Part shown: positions 29,001 through 41,154 of the stretch, piece after piece
Layout of the letters: each line of letters begins with the position of its first letter
Position numbering within the stretch: the first letter of the stretch is position 1
Origin: an uncultured bacterium
GTDB taxonomy: Bacteria > Bacillota > Clostridia > Lachnospirales > Lachnospiraceae
DNA length: 64,000 bases
Direction: 5' to 3'
Assembly (NCBI GenBank): GCA_963519465.1
Contig: CAUQMY010000003.1
Span: 69,313 to 133,312, forward strand
Notes under the pieces: model-generated
Told to the model about the DNA's origin: nothing
Databases searched by the model: none
The model's input: only the letters and a program-made list of their open reading frames with translations
Program-made: the position numbers and the translations under genes

Positions 29001-29464
29001 AGCTTCTGTTTTAGCATTGGGCTCATGGTATCCGGCAAATCTTCACTGAGCATATCCGGAGTCACCCCGTACTGGTAAAGCTCCGACAGCATGGACTTTA
29101 ACTGTGAGATAAAGCCGGTCTTTCCTAAATGCTCCTTATAAAGTACCAGCTCCTTTTTCTTACCGGATGCCACTTTTCGCAGCACCATGGATTTCCCCAT
29201 ATCATCAAGGACCTGGGGATTTTCTATGGCAAGCTCCTCAAAAATCCGGTAGGCCAGACGGTTGAAGCTGACAATATCTATGTTCATGACCCCGTGATTG
29301 GGATGCAGCGAAACAATCTCTTTCTGGGTCTGCATGGTAAACTGTTCGGGCACAACGGCTATATACTTGGTATCCGGCTCTTCCATCGACAGCCGGATAA
29401 GCTCTGTATAAAGGCGGTAAGTCTTTCCAGACCCGGAACCGCCTAATATAAACTGAAGGGACAT
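26021..29464 (-). CDS. addB: ATP-dependent helicase/nuclease subunit AddB
   Basis: 1147 aa. N-terminal GGSGSGKT. C-terminal nuclease with Fe-S cysteines (IDYKSG..., CDYCPYHAVCGF). Overlaps the addA start. Confidence 0.95.
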   Translation of the reverse strand: MSLQFILGGSGSGKTYRLYTELIRLSMEEPDTKYIAVVPEQFTMQTQKEIVSLHPNHGVMNIDIVSFNRLAYRIFEELAIENPQVLDDMGKSMVLRKVASGKKKELVLYKEHLGKTGFISQLKSMLSELYQYGVTPDMLSEDLPDTMSPMLKQKLLDISVMYQGFKDYIKDKYITTEEILDVFCRVLPQSELIKNSVITLDGYTGFTPVQYRILSLFLRFCKRVIVTVTIDPSENMSRKMGVQELFYMSRQMIWKLNDLAEEAHTSREKDVLLMEHPAVRFQRAEPEKDNSLDFLEQNLYRYKGKTHKKPESIRLVKALNPTEEITCLIHSMEEAIRMQGLRYRDMAVVTGDLGSYANEIAHQFQLNGIPYFLDDKKSILKNPMVELIRAAIEIIQKDFSYESVFRYLRTALVTKKEEKEKTDRLENYVIAMGIRGFKKWDSTWEGWYRGAKELNLEELNEFKEQIIAPLRRLREAFREEESTVKSMTAAVTVLLMETGIEEKLLAFEEQFKKMGEMILAKEYSQVYGLVMDLFDRLAGLLGEEHVSRKEYAEILDAGFSEIKVGLIPASVDRVVVGDITRTRLDHVKVLFFVGVNDGIVPVKKEKSSLFTDREREFLGTQAIELAPTAREEGFRQRFYLYLALTKPEQELILSYSAMDGAGKSMRPSTLIGELKKLFPGLQEIIPSRDRVPLSMREARDFLSDGLRDYKLTGGDGKFLELFKAFLLSDHHREEGRKLLDAAFYTYEQKGIGKIAARALYGSVISGSVTRMEQYASCAYAHFLNYGLELMERQEYELAAMDIGNLFHDSIDLCFQRMKEEGKDFKELTEEERKVLVHDCVVCVTEDYGNTILKSSARNAYLAGKVERITDRTMWALTEQLKKGDFTPVGFEVSFSASDHLKAMRIPLSKEEAIHLRGRIDRMDLCEDEDAVYVKIIDYKSGGTAFDLTALYYGLQLQLVVYMDAALEMEERKKPEKPVVPAGIFYYNIGDPIVDKEGDMTDEEINRRMLKQLRMNGLVNTDLNAISHLDHEIETESDVIPVAMKNGIIQENRSSVAGGKRFAALREFVQEKLKTEGREILDGVIDVSPYKQGNRSACDYCPYHAVCGFDLKTEGYGYRKFKALKSDDIWPVIEGEEEAEDDGDKLDG

Positions 29465-29506
29465 AGTCTCTTTGTCTCCTTTTTATAATCCTTTTTATGT
29501 AAAACA

Positions 29507-29518
29507 AAACACATGTTT
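29507..29518. promoter_or_regulatory. Possible LexA-type (SOS) box AAACACATGTTT over the predicted addBA transcription start
   Basis: Palindrome resembling GAAC-N4-GTTY. Sits just downstream of a TTGTCA-17 nt-AATAAT promoter-like pair (29523..29551, minus strand). Confidence 0.25.
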
Positions 29519-29623
29519 GCTCATTATTTTAACATAGTTTTCCCCTGACAACAATGAAATCTTAGGCATGAAACCCAAATCCCAATAATAAACTATAACA
29601 AAACTGTACGGAGGGCTTTTTAT

Positions 29624-30064
29624 ATGAGCTCAAAAACAAAAATCGTCGTATTACGAATGAAAGAAATCATCTACACTGCAATCTTCGTCGGCCTTGGTAT
29701 TCTTCTTATTACTTTGTTTTTAGTCATGTTCCGCCCGAAAAAGGATTCGGTTCCCACGTCAGGTGACGCCGTGCACTATGTTCCGGGGGTCTATACCTCT
29801 GCGATAACGCTGAATAACCAGGATATCAATGTTTCAGTCACCGTAGATTCCGGCAAGATCACTTCCGTGAACCTGGTATCTTTAAGCGAAGCCGTCACCA
29901 CCATGTATCCGCTCATGCAGCCTGCAATGGATAACTTATCTGAGCAGATCGTGAAAAACCAATCCACCAAAAACATTTCCTATTCATCGGAAGCCCGCTA
30001 TACCTCAGGTGTCCTTTTAAAGGCTGTGGATCAGGCTCTGTCAAAAGCAGAGAAAGCCAATTAG
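29624..30064 (+). CDS. Membrane-anchored FMN-binding-domain-like protein
   Basis: 146 aa. N-terminal TM helix, then YVPGVYTSAITLNNQDINVSVTVDSGKITSVNLV...ARYTSGVLLKAVDQAL, which follows the FMN_bind pattern. Confidence 0.5.
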   Translation: MSSKTKIVVLRMKEIIYTAIFVGLGILLITLFLVMFRPKKDSVPTSGDAVHYVPGVYTSAITLNNQDINVSVTVDSGKITSVNLVSLSEAVTTMYPLMQPAMDNLSEQIVKNQSTKNISYSSEARYTSGVLLKAVDQALSKAEKAN

Positions 30065-30126
30065 CAGGGATTGTGTTTTTTCATTTAAGATTGTATAATG
30101 AGGAAACGAGATACATAATTACATGA

Positions 30127-31530
30127 ATGAGGAAAACAACCATGAATCAAACTACAAAAGCACAGGATGCATCGGGGCATAACGGGATTACAGAGGGAGT
30201 GATTTGGAAACAGCTTCTTCTGTTTTTCTTTCCCATTTTATTCGGCACCTTTTTCCAACAGCTCTACAACACCATAGACGCCGTTATTGTCGGAAGGTTT
30301 GTGGGAAAAGAAGCACTTGCAGCAGTAGGAGGCCCTACGGGAACCCTGATCAATTTACTGATCGGTTTCTTCATAGGGCTTTCTTCTGGTGCAACGGTTA
30401 TCATCTCACAGTTCTACGGTGCCAAACAGGAAGATAAGGTAAGTGAGGCTGTTCACACAGCAATCACTTTTTCCATTGTCACCGGTATCTTATTTACCTT
30501 TATCGGTATCATAGGTGCTCCTTTTGCTTTAAAAGCCATGGGAACGCCGGAAGACATCCTTCACCACGCGGTGGCATTTATGCGGGTCTACTTTATCGGG
30601 GTTACTGCCAACTTAATTTATAATATGGGAGCCGGAATCCTACGAGCCATTGGAGACTCCAAACGGCCCCTTTATTTTCTTATCGCCAGTTGTTTTACCA
30701 ATATCATTTTGGACATCCTGTTTGTCGTATATCTTCCCATGGGTGTTCGCGGAGCTGCCCTGGCTACGATCCTCTCCCAGCTTCTCAGTGCTGTACTGGT
30801 CGTCCGTTTGCTGATTCGTACCAAGGAATCCTACCGCCTGATACCAAAAGCCTTAAGAATCGATCCGCACATGCTTAAACGGATCATCCGCATCGGTTTT
30901 CCTGCCGGACTCCAGTCCGTCATGTACTCCTCATCAAATATCATCATCCAGTCAAGCATCAACACCCTCGGTACCGATACCATTGCTGCCTGGACTGCAT
31001 ATGGAAAAATCGACAGCGTATTCTTTACCATCATCAGTGCGTTCGGAATTGCCATCACCACCTTTGTGGGGCAGAACTACGGAGCTGGAAAGAAGGATAG
31101 GGTCTACAAAGGGATCCGCGTCTGTATGGTCATGTGCTTTACCGCTTCCATTGCATTAAGCCTTTTACTCTATGCCTTTGGAAACCATATTTATCTTCTC
31201 TTTACCACTGATGCATCGGTAATCGCCATCGGAACCGAGATTCTCCGCTATCTGGCACCGGTCTATGTTACCTATATCTGCATCGAGATTTGTTCCGGTT
31301 CTCTTAGAGGAACCGGGGACTGCTGGATTCCAATGCTGCTCACCTGCTTAGGCGTATGCGTGCTCAGGGTCGTATGGATCTGGGTGGTCGTTCCTATGCA
31401 TCCTACCATTGAAACCGTGATTTTCAGCTATCCAATGACCTGGCTCACTACCTCGGTCTTATTCGTTATATACTTCAGCTTTTTCAGCAGGCTCAAATGG
31501 CATCGGTTTCCGATCCGCCTGCGAAGATAG
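30127..31530 (+). CDS. MATE-family efflux transporter
   Basis: 467 aa, 12 TM. FFPILFGTFFQQLYNTIDAVIVGRFVGKEALAAVG signature. The start may be the second ATG at 30142. Confidence 0.9.
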   Translation: MRKTTMNQTTKAQDASGHNGITEGVIWKQLLLFFFPILFGTFFQQLYNTIDAVIVGRFVGKEALAAVGGPTGTLINLLIGFFIGLSSGATVIISQFYGAKQEDKVSEAVHTAITFSIVTGILFTFIGIIGAPFALKAMGTPEDILHHAVAFMRVYFIGVTANLIYNMGAGILRAIGDSKRPLYFLIASCFTNIILDILFVVYLPMGVRGAALATILSQLLSAVLVVRLLIRTKESYRLIPKALRIDPHMLKRIIRIGFPAGLQSVMYSSSNIIIQSSINTLGTDTIAAWTAYGKIDSVFFTIISAFGIAITTFVGQNYGAGKKDRVYKGIRVCMVMCFTASIALSLLLYAFGNHIYLLFTTDASVIAIGTEILRYLAPVYVTYICIEICSGSLRGTGDCWIPMLLTCLGVCVLRVVWIWVVVPMHPTIETVIFSYPMTWLTTSVLFVIYFSFFSRLKWHRFPIRLRR

Positions 31531-31547
31531 TTTCTCTGACAGAGTAT

Positions 31548-32420
31548 TTACTCCATCGGGGCCCGGTAAAAGGTACCATAAAACTGCTCCGTCCGAAACA
31601 TATTGACAATCACATGCCCATCTACCTCATGAAACAGGGATACAATGTCGGCTACTTCATAGGAAGACACTACCGTATGCAAAAGGTACATTTTCTTCTT
31701 GCTGTAGCCGCCTACCGCATCCACACAGGAAATGCCGTGATGAAAGGCCTTCACATATGCTTCGGCAAGCTGGGGCCCTTTGGACGAGGTAATCTGAAGG
31801 GTCACCCGCTCATACCTGTGGTGGAAGGTGGAAATGACCTTTGTACCTACAAACTGGAAAAGAATAGAGTATCCCGCATATTTCCAGCCAAATATTGCAC
31901 CAAACGTACAGAGAAGAACCACATTCCCCATAAACACATAGGTCCAGATGGAATTGCCCGTCTTATTGGAAACATAAAGGGCGATAAAGTCCGTTCCTCC
32001 GGTGGACGCATTTCCCCGAAGGGCAAGTACGATTGCAAATCCGTAAAGAACACCGCCATATATCACATTCAATATCTCATCATCAAAAATCGGAGTAAAA
32101 TGAAACACCTTTAAAAAGGCACTGGCTAAGAAAACCTGCAGCAGGGAAAACAAAGTAAACCGCTTGCTAATGCTCTTACTGCATGCCCAGGCCACAGGAA
32201 GATTCAGTATGATCATGCCAAGGGAAGTGGATATATTAATTCCAAAAAGGGAAGTCACCCGGTCAATCAAAATGGCAATTCCTGTAAACCCTCCGGATAA
32301 AAGCCCTGCCGGCTGAATAAATGCCTGTATCACATAAGTCTGTAAAAGTGCTGATATGACAACTGCCAGGGTTGTCATTACATTTCTCACCCGCTTATCT
32401 CTCCTCAATTTTTTCCACAT
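31548..32420 (-). CDS. YitT-family membrane protein (DUF161/DUF2179)
   Basis: TM-rich N-terminal part plus a C-terminal DUF2179-like domain. AAGGAGG RBS precedes the ATG at 32420 (track ORF extends to 32438). Confidence 0.8.
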   Translation of the reverse strand: MWKKLRRDKRVRNVMTTLAVVISALLQTYVIQAFIQPAGLLSGGFTGIAILIDRVTSLFGINISTSLGMIILNLPVAWACSKSISKRFTLFSLLQVFLASAFLKVFHFTPIFDDEILNVIYGGVLYGFAIVLALRGNASTGGTDFIALYVSNKTGNSIWTYVFMGNVVLLCTFGAIFGWKYAGYSILFQFVGTKVISTFHHRYERVTLQITSSKGPQLAEAYVKAFHHGISCVDAVGGYSKKKMYLLHTVVSSYEVADIVSLFHEVDGHVIVNMFRTEQFYGTFYRAPME

Positions 32421-32484
32421 AAAATTCCTCCTTATCATTAAATGATATTATATGTAAGTTCCTCTTCTGTATCAATCTTTTTAT

Positions 32485-32526
32485 AAAAAAAAGAGGATTG
32501 CCTTTCCCCCACAGAAGGCAATCCTC
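32485..32526 (-). terminator. Intrinsic terminator inside the 5' leader of the yitT-family gene (attenuator or riboswitch expression platform)
   Basis: GAGGAUUGCCUU-loop-AAGGCAAUCCUC followed by U8 on the minus strand, about 65 nt upstream of the start codon. Confidence 0.75.
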
Positions 32527-32627
32527 CGTCACGGTCCAAACCGTCACGTTATATCGTTTTTGCTACCCGGCATCCCCATGCCTAAATCAAGCACATAAGA
32601 CACCCCTTTGTGCTTCTCACATGGACG

Positions 32628-32656
32628 ATAATACCATAGAATGCCAAAAAAGTCAA
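32628..32656 (-). promoter_or_regulatory. Sigma-A-type promoter of the yitT leader (TTGACT-17 nt-TATTAT)
   Basis: Hexamers and spacing read directly from the minus strand. Confidence 0.55.
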
Positions 32657-32843
32657 TGTTTTTAGTCTATTTTACCAAAAAATTACCTATGTTTTAAAAA
32701 TCATTGCCACATTTTTTCATATAAATCCGGTTAAAGCGTCTTTGTCTTACGTACAAATTAGATAAAACATATTTTCAGAAAAATTGCACATACTTTCCTT
32801 ATTGCCAAAATGCTGCTATTTTATTTGCAAGGAGATAAACGTC

Positions 32844-34253
32844 ATGGAATTTTCTACAAGTCTTACTGATAATATGAATTATTTGAATAACAAACTGGAT
32901 GTGGATGCGAATTTTGATCTGGTTTACCGCACCTTTTATATCGGTGAACGGGAAGCCTGCTTATATTGTATCGAAGGTTTTACAAAGGGAGATGTATGGC
33001 AAAAGATCATGGAAGACTTTTCTTCCTTAAAAAAAGAGGACATGCCCTTTGACGCCCATGAATTTTCCAAAAAACACTTTCCCTACAGTCAGGTAAATCT
33101 GGTCAAAGATGAGGATACCATGATAAAAGCATTGCTTACTGGTATCTCCTGTCTATTTATTGATGGTTATGACAAATGTCTGGTAGTCGATAGCCGAAAT
33201 TATCCCGCAAGAGGCGTATCCGAACCTGAAAAAGACAAGGTCCTTCGAGGTTCCAGAGACGGCTTTGTCGAAACACTGACCTTTAATACGGCTCTGATCC
33301 GCCGAAGAATTCGCGATCCGAGGCTGACCATGGAGATCATGAATACCGGAGAAAGTTCTCATACTGATATTGCTGTCTGCTATTTTAAAGGGCGTGTGGA
33401 TGAAAAACTTCTTGCCATGATCAAGGAACGAATCAACAAGCTGAAGGTGGATGCCCTGACCATGAACCAGGAAAGTCTGGCTGAATGTATCTATCCTCAC
33501 AAATGGTTCAATCCTTTTCCCAAATTCAAATATTCAGAAAGACCGGACACCGCTGCTGCCTCTTTACTGGAAGGCAACATCATCATCCTGGTAGACAACT
33601 CCCCCTCTGCCATGATCTTGCCGTCCTCGGTATTTGACATTATCGAAGAAGCCGATGACTATTACTTCCCCCCGGTAACAGGAACCTATTTAAGGCTCTC
33701 CCGGCTTATCATTTCTATTTTGACTTTGTATTTAACCCCGACGTGGCTGTTTCTCATGCAGAATACAGAAGTGATCCCACCCTGGCTCCAATTCATACAG
33801 ATCTCAGAACCTCCGCAGGTTCCACTCTTATTCCAGCTTTTAATCCTGGAATTTGCCATTGACGGATTAAGGCTTGCAGCAGTCAATACCCCAAGCATGC
33901 TGACCACTCCCCTCAGTGTGATCGCCGGTATCGTACTTGGAGAATACTCCGTAAAATCCGGCTGGTTTAACAGTGAAACAATGCTTTACATGTCCTTTGT
34001 CACCATAGCAAACTATTCCCAGTCAAGCTTTGAACTGGGCTATGCCTTTAAATTCATGCGTATGATCATTCTTATCACTACGGCTATCTTTAACTTCTGG
34101 GGCTTTGTGGGCGGTATCCTGCTTTCCATCTGCGCCGTTGTCTTTAATAAGACCATAGCCGGAAAAAGCTACATCTATCCGCTGATTCCATTCCATGTAT
34201 CAGAACTGAAGAAACGGTTTTTCCGCGGACGCCTTCCTCACAGAGTAAAATAA
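32844..34253 (+). CDS. GerA-family spore germination protein (orphan A-type subunit / SpoVAF-like)
   Basis: The track ORF from 32784 is 489 aa. The likely product from the ATG at 32844 (AGGAG RBS) is 469 aa. Typical GerAA features (GFVETLTFNTALIRRRIRDP, C-terminal TM block). Confidence 0.8.
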   Translation: MEFSTSLTDNMNYLNNKLDVDANFDLVYRTFYIGEREACLYCIEGFTKGDVWQKIMEDFSSLKKEDMPFDAHEFSKKHFPYSQVNLVKDEDTMIKALLTGISCLFIDGYDKCLVVDSRNYPARGVSEPEKDKVLRGSRDGFVETLTFNTALIRRRIRDPRLTMEIMNTGESSHTDIAVCYFKGRVDEKLLAMIKERINKLKVDALTMNQESLAECIYPHKWFNPFPKFKYSERPDTAAASLLEGNIIILVDNSPSAMILPSSVFDIIEEADDYYFPPVTGTYLRLSRLIISILTLYLTPTWLFLMQNTEVIPPWLQFIQISEPPQVPLLFQLLILEFAIDGLRLAAVNTPSMLTTPLSVIAGIVLGEYSVKSGWFNSETMLYMSFVTIANYSQSSFELGYAFKFMRMIILITTAIFNFWGFVGGILLSICAVVFNKTIAGKSYIYPLIPFHVSELKKRFFRGRLPHRVK

Positions 34254-34269
34254 TAAATTTCATTTTGCT

Positions 34270-34313
34270 TTTTTAAAAAAACAGGCGGAGATCCTAATAA
34301 AATCTCCGCCTGT
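34270..34313 (-). terminator. Terminator after guaB (hairpin shared with the convergent gerA-family gene)
   Basis: ACAGGCGGAGAT / ATCTCCGCCTGT stem followed by TTTTTTT on the minus strand. Confidence 0.8.
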
Positions 34314-34320
34314 CATTCAT

Positions 34321-35802
<1,482 letters not shown>

Positions 35803-35842
35803 TTATTAACATCGCTAATATGCGATTTGCTTGTTAGTTACA

Positions 35843-35871
35843 TAGTTTAACAAATTTTACAGAGGTTGTCA
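35843..35871 (-). promoter_or_regulatory. Likely guaB promoter (TTGACA-17 nt-TAAACT)
   Basis: Read directly from the minus strand, about 70-95 nt upstream of the guaB ATG. Confidence 0.5.
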
Positions 35872-35978
35872 ACGGACATTTTATTGTATTTTTCCGCCAC
35901 GGGTGGACAGTAATTTGAACCATTTTTATAAAGAAAAAGGGCAGGAACAGTTCTTCACCATTCTTACCCTCTTTTCTA

Positions 35979-36488
35979 TTATATCTGTGAAATCACCTTA
36001 CGGGGTGCAGTCATCTTCATACAACGGAGCAGTTTATCATTTGGTTCGAAAATAACTTTTGTTCTTTCGGAACCGGACTGGCTGATCATCGTATAAGTCT
36101 TTGTCCCCGGTAACTGAGAAGAAAAATCCAGTACCTTCATATCTTTTGTCTCATGATCCCGGGCTTCTGTAGAGCCTGTAGGAGCTACGATCTGTATCTC
36201 TTCCATGGAAGCCTCCCAGGCTTTCTTTCTTTTGCTTTTGCCGTAAATACGGTCAATGGACAGAGAACTGGTCACATAGAGATATTCAAATTCCACTTCA
36301 CTGTTTCTGAATACCAGATAAGTGCCACCTCCGGCAGCAAAAAGTATGATTACTCCGAAAATCCCGAAAACCGGAGAGATGGAAAGGAAAAATGCGATCA
36401 CGCACAAGATTCCCATCACAATTTTTAACACCATGGTATAGGCCGGTGCTTTACGCTTCACTAGCCATTCTGCATACATTTCATTCAT
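35979..36488 (-). CDS. Hypothetical membrane protein
   Basis: 169 aa with two N-terminal TM helices. No recognisable family. Confidence 0.5.
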   Translation of the reverse strand: MNEMYAEWLVKRKAPAYTMVLKIVMGILCVIAFFLSISPVFGIFGVIILFAAGGGTYLVFRNSEVEFEYLYVTSSLSIDRIYGKSKRKKAWEASMEEIQIVAPTGSTEARDHETKDMKVLDFSSQLPGTKTYTMISQSGSERTKVIFEPNDKLLRCMKMTAPRKVISQI

Positions 36489-36622
36489 AATGATACTGGA
36501 TCCTTTCTTCCCTGCCGTCTTTCCAGGGTATGAAGGTATACCTTTTGGCTGTTACTTTTTCTTCCCGTCTTTTAAGGGCATAAAAGGTTACCTCTTAGGT
36601 GTTTCTTCTGTACAGATATGTC

Positions 36623-38245
<1,623 letters not shown>

Positions 38246-38326
38246 TCATTCCTCCAGTTTTCTTCAAAAATTATAGAAAGTCCCGCGGGGCTTTCGGTTC
38301 TTTGTGACAGCCAATTGCCATCTTAT

Positions 38327-38617
38327 TTATTCGATCACTGCTAAAATATCATTCTGCTTTACGATTACAAATTTCTCATCGTCTTTTCCGGTCTCAATTT
38401 CTGTTCCTGAATATTTGGAGAAGATTACCTTATCGCCAACTTTGACCTGCATGGTAACTTCTTTACCTTCTACCAAACCGCCAGGTCCTACTGCGATGAC
38501 TTCCGCCTGCTGTGGCTTTTCTTTTGCCTGCCCCGGCAGAACAATACCGGACTTTGTTGTCTCCTCTGCAACCAATGGTTTTAACACAACTTTGTCAAAT
38601 AATGGTACTAATTTCAT
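38327..38617 (-). CDS. groS: Co-chaperonin GroES
   Basis: 96 aa. MKLVPLFDKVVLK...KSGIVLP. Confidence 0.98.
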   Translation of the reverse strand: MKLVPLFDKVVLKPLVAEETTKSGIVLPGQAKEKPQQAEVIAVGPGGLVEGKEVTMQVKVGDKVIFSKYSGTEIETGKDDEKFVIVKQNDILAVIE

Positions 38618-38712
38618 TGCAATTCCTCCTCATAGCTTTCTGCTTAGTTCTTTCTATTGACCTCTCGAAAGAAGTATTATTTTATTCACATACTAAGTTA
38701 TATCACTCATTA

Positions 38713-38739
38713 TTAGCACTGTCAATAGTTGAGTGCTAA
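38713..38739. promoter_or_regulatory. CIRCE operator (HrcA binding site) upstream of groES
   Basis: TTAGCACTG-N9-GAGTGCTAA matches the CIRCE consensus TTAGCACTC-N9-GAGTGCTAA. Confidence 0.9.
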
Positions 38740-38883
38740 CTTTATATTTTTTTTACAATTTTTCCATATTTAAACGTTTTTTTGCCTTACTTACTTAGTT
38801 TATAGAAATTTTCTTATTATATACCTTTCTTTTTTTGAATAGAAGTATTACAATAACAAAGAGAATGAAAGGAGTGTTTTTTT

Positions 38884-39444
38884 ATGGCAAAAAAGGGTAA
38901 TGGTTTTGGGAAATTCGTGGCACTTGCCACAATAGCCGGCGCTGTTGCTGCAGGCATCTCTTATTTTACGAAATACAGATCTTTCCACAAAGAACTGGAA
39001 GAGAACTTCCATGACTTTGAAGATGACGGCAATGACGATATTTCCAAAATTGACAGCACGATGAACCGCAACTATGTTTCCTTACATGCCAATAAGGACG
39101 AGTTTAAGATTGCGGCTTCCGATATGGCAGACGCTGCCAAAGATGCAGCTGTTGCCGCTAAGAACCTGGTAAAAGACGCAGCCAATATCGTAAGCGATAC
39201 AGCAAAGGAAGCGGCTTCTGCCGTGGCATTTACTGCAAAGGACATGTTTGACTCCACGTTAGAAAAAGAAGATACGGAAGAAGAAACAGAGGATATCACA
39301 GAAGACGGCGGTCTTGATTACACCGCTTCCGAAGACGGCCAGCTGGCTGAGAACTCTTTTGAAGAACCGGAAGATGTGACAGACTCTATAAATGAAGCAT
39401 CTGACGATGATACTACTACCATCGAGGAAGATGAAATTCAATAA
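38884..39444 (+). CDS. Hypothetical protein with N-terminal TM helix and a very acidic C-terminus
   Basis: 186 aa. AGGAG RBS. No family recognised. Confidence 0.5.
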   Translation: MAKKGNGFGKFVALATIAGAVAAGISYFTKYRSFHKELEENFHDFEDDGNDDISKIDSTMNRNYVSLHANKDEFKIAASDMADAAKDAAVAAKNLVKDAANIVSDTAKEAASAVAFTAKDMFDSTLEKEDTEEETEDITEDGGLDYTASEDGQLAENSFEEPEDVTDSINEASDDDTTTIEEDEIQ

Positions 39445-39466
39445 CTGTCCTGTGACATACAGGACG

Positions 39467-39516
39467 AAGAGCTGTTTCCCCTGATTATTGATCAGTGGGA
39501 AACAGCTCTTTTTTAT
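39467..39516. terminator. Bidirectional intrinsic terminator
   Basis: AAGAGCTGTTTCCC...GGGAAACAGCTCTT stem followed by TTTTTATT. Lies between convergent genes. Confidence 0.85.
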
Positions 39517-39532
39517 TCTGAAAATTTTCTTA

Positions 39533-40489
39533 TCAGGTTTCTACATAGTACTGAAATCCTGCGTCAGTGATCATTTTAATAGTTTCATCAATTCCTTCTC
39601 CATCCGCTGTCAGATAGCCTGAGGCGAAAATAGAATCAACTGCATAGAACATCAATTTTTCTTTTCCTTTTAAATATACCTCTCTGCCGGCTGCACATCT
39701 TATATCTGACTTTGGATTTAACAAACGGGCAAGACATAATACTTTTAAACAATATTCGGCAGATAAATAAGAGGTATCCATGTTCTCCAAATCCGTTCCT
39801 TCTATAGGAATTAAAAAATTGATTGGAACTGCTTTAGGACCGATTGCCTGGATCTCAAAGAGCATATCAACAATATCACGTTTTTCTTCCCCAAGTCCTG
39901 CAATGCCTCCGCAACATATTTCAAAACCCATATTTTGCAGCATCTTTATATTGGATATGCGCTCATCGTATGTATGGGAGGTACAGATATTTGGATAATA
40001 ATCTCTGCTTGTATTTAGGTTATGATTGATTCTGTCCACTCCTGCTTCCTTAAGGATCTGTGCCTGTTTTTGAGTCAGAAATCCGATAGAACAGCATATG
40101 GGAGATTGGGTTTCCTGCTTAAGTTTTCTTATCTCATCTGCAAATTCATTTATTTCAAATTCACTAAAACGTATACCGCTTAAACCGATACAATGGCGTG
40201 CAAGGTTCTTGTCTTTTACCGTATAACCATCTTTTAACAGCCTATCATACGTTACGAGCCTGTATTTATCAATCTGGGCTTTGGATTCATGGGACTGGGC
40301 ACAATAGGCGCAGTTTTGGGAACAATTGCCGCTGCGGGCATTTGTGAGAAGCTGGATTGACACGGTATTTCCTTTATATTTTTTCCTTATGGAATAAACA
40401 ACTTCTAAAAGCCCGGGAAGTTCTTCGTCGGGCAAATTAAGAATTGATAAGGCTTCTTCTCTGGAAAGGTTCTTAAAATTATACGTCAT
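39533..40489 (-). CDS. bioB: Biotin synthase-type radical SAM protein
   Basis: 318 aa. CSQNCAYC (CxxxCxxC) radical-SAM motif. BioB-like length. Co-transcribed downstream of bioY. Confidence 0.75.
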   Translation of the reverse strand: MTYNFKNLSREEALSILNLPDEELPGLLEVVYSIRKKYKGNTVSIQLLTNARSGNCSQNCAYCAQSHESKAQIDKYRLVTYDRLLKDGYTVKDKNLARHCIGLSGIRFSEFEINEFADEIRKLKQETQSPICCSIGFLTQKQAQILKEAGVDRINHNLNTSRDYYPNICTSHTYDERISNIKMLQNMGFEICCGGIAGLGEEKRDIVDMLFEIQAIGPKAVPINFLIPIEGTDLENMDTSYLSAEYCLKVLCLARLLNPKSDIRCAAGREVYLKGKEKLMFYAVDSIFASGYLTADGEGIDETIKMITDAGFQYYVET

Positions 40490-40528
40490 CTTTTATATCT
40501 CCCTGTATATATTTTTTCTTAGCAATTG

Positions 40529-41065
40529 TCAGCGAGCGCTTAAGGATAGGACCGGGCTCAACTTTTTAATAAGGAAAATGCTTAAACACGTTTTAAGAGA
40601 ATCCCCTGGTAAAAAGGGAACCACACAAACCATGAACGCTGCGGCAACATTTGTATGGGTGACATAGGAATACCATAACGTGCCGAATAAGTAGGTAACG
40701 ATCCAGCCGGAATATATGGCTGTTACCAGAACTTTCATCGTCCTTTTGCCAGACCGCTCAATGATGAATCCGGTTATAAAGGCGGATCCCATATAAGCAA
40801 TGATGTATCCTCCCGTCGGACCTATAACCCTTAAAAGTCCTCCGGTGAATCCGGAAAAGACCGGCAGCCCTACAGCGCCCAAAAGGACGAAAACAAACTG
40901 GCTTAAAGTCCCATACCTGGCTCCCAGTAAACCGGCTGCAACAAATGTGGATATGTGAGCCAGGTTAATCGGAACAGGACCTATTGGAATGGATATTTGC
41001 GATAGAATGGCATTTAAAGCGGCGAATAGTGCACATAACGTAAGTTCTTTTGCTGTTATTTTCAT
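40529..41065 (-). CDS. bioY: Biotin transporter BioY (ECF S component)
   Basis: 178 aa, six TM helices. Typical BioY sequence (PVPITLQ-like PVPINLAHISTFVAAGLLG). Confidence 0.9.
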   Translation of the reverse strand: MKITAKELTLCALFAALNAILSQISIPIGPVPINLAHISTFVAAGLLGARYGTLSQFVFVLLGAVGLPVFSGFTGGLLRVIGPTGGYIIAYMGSAFITGFIIERSGKRTMKVLVTAIYSGWIVTYLFGTLWYSYVTHTNVAAAFMVCVVPFLPGDSLKTCLSIFLIKKLSPVLSLSAR

Positions 41066-41122
41066 ATAGAATCCTCCTGGAAATAATTTGATTCTACACG
41101 ATTATACAAGGATATGATTTAA

Positions 41123-41154
41123 TTGTCAACCAATATGCAAAACAAGGTTAACAA
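41123..41154. promoter_or_regulatory. BirA operator (bioO) upstream of bioY-bioB
   Basis: TTGTCAACC-N14-GGTTAACAA inverted repeat, as in Firmicutes BirA sites (TGTTAACC-N-GGTTAACA). Confidence 0.75.
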
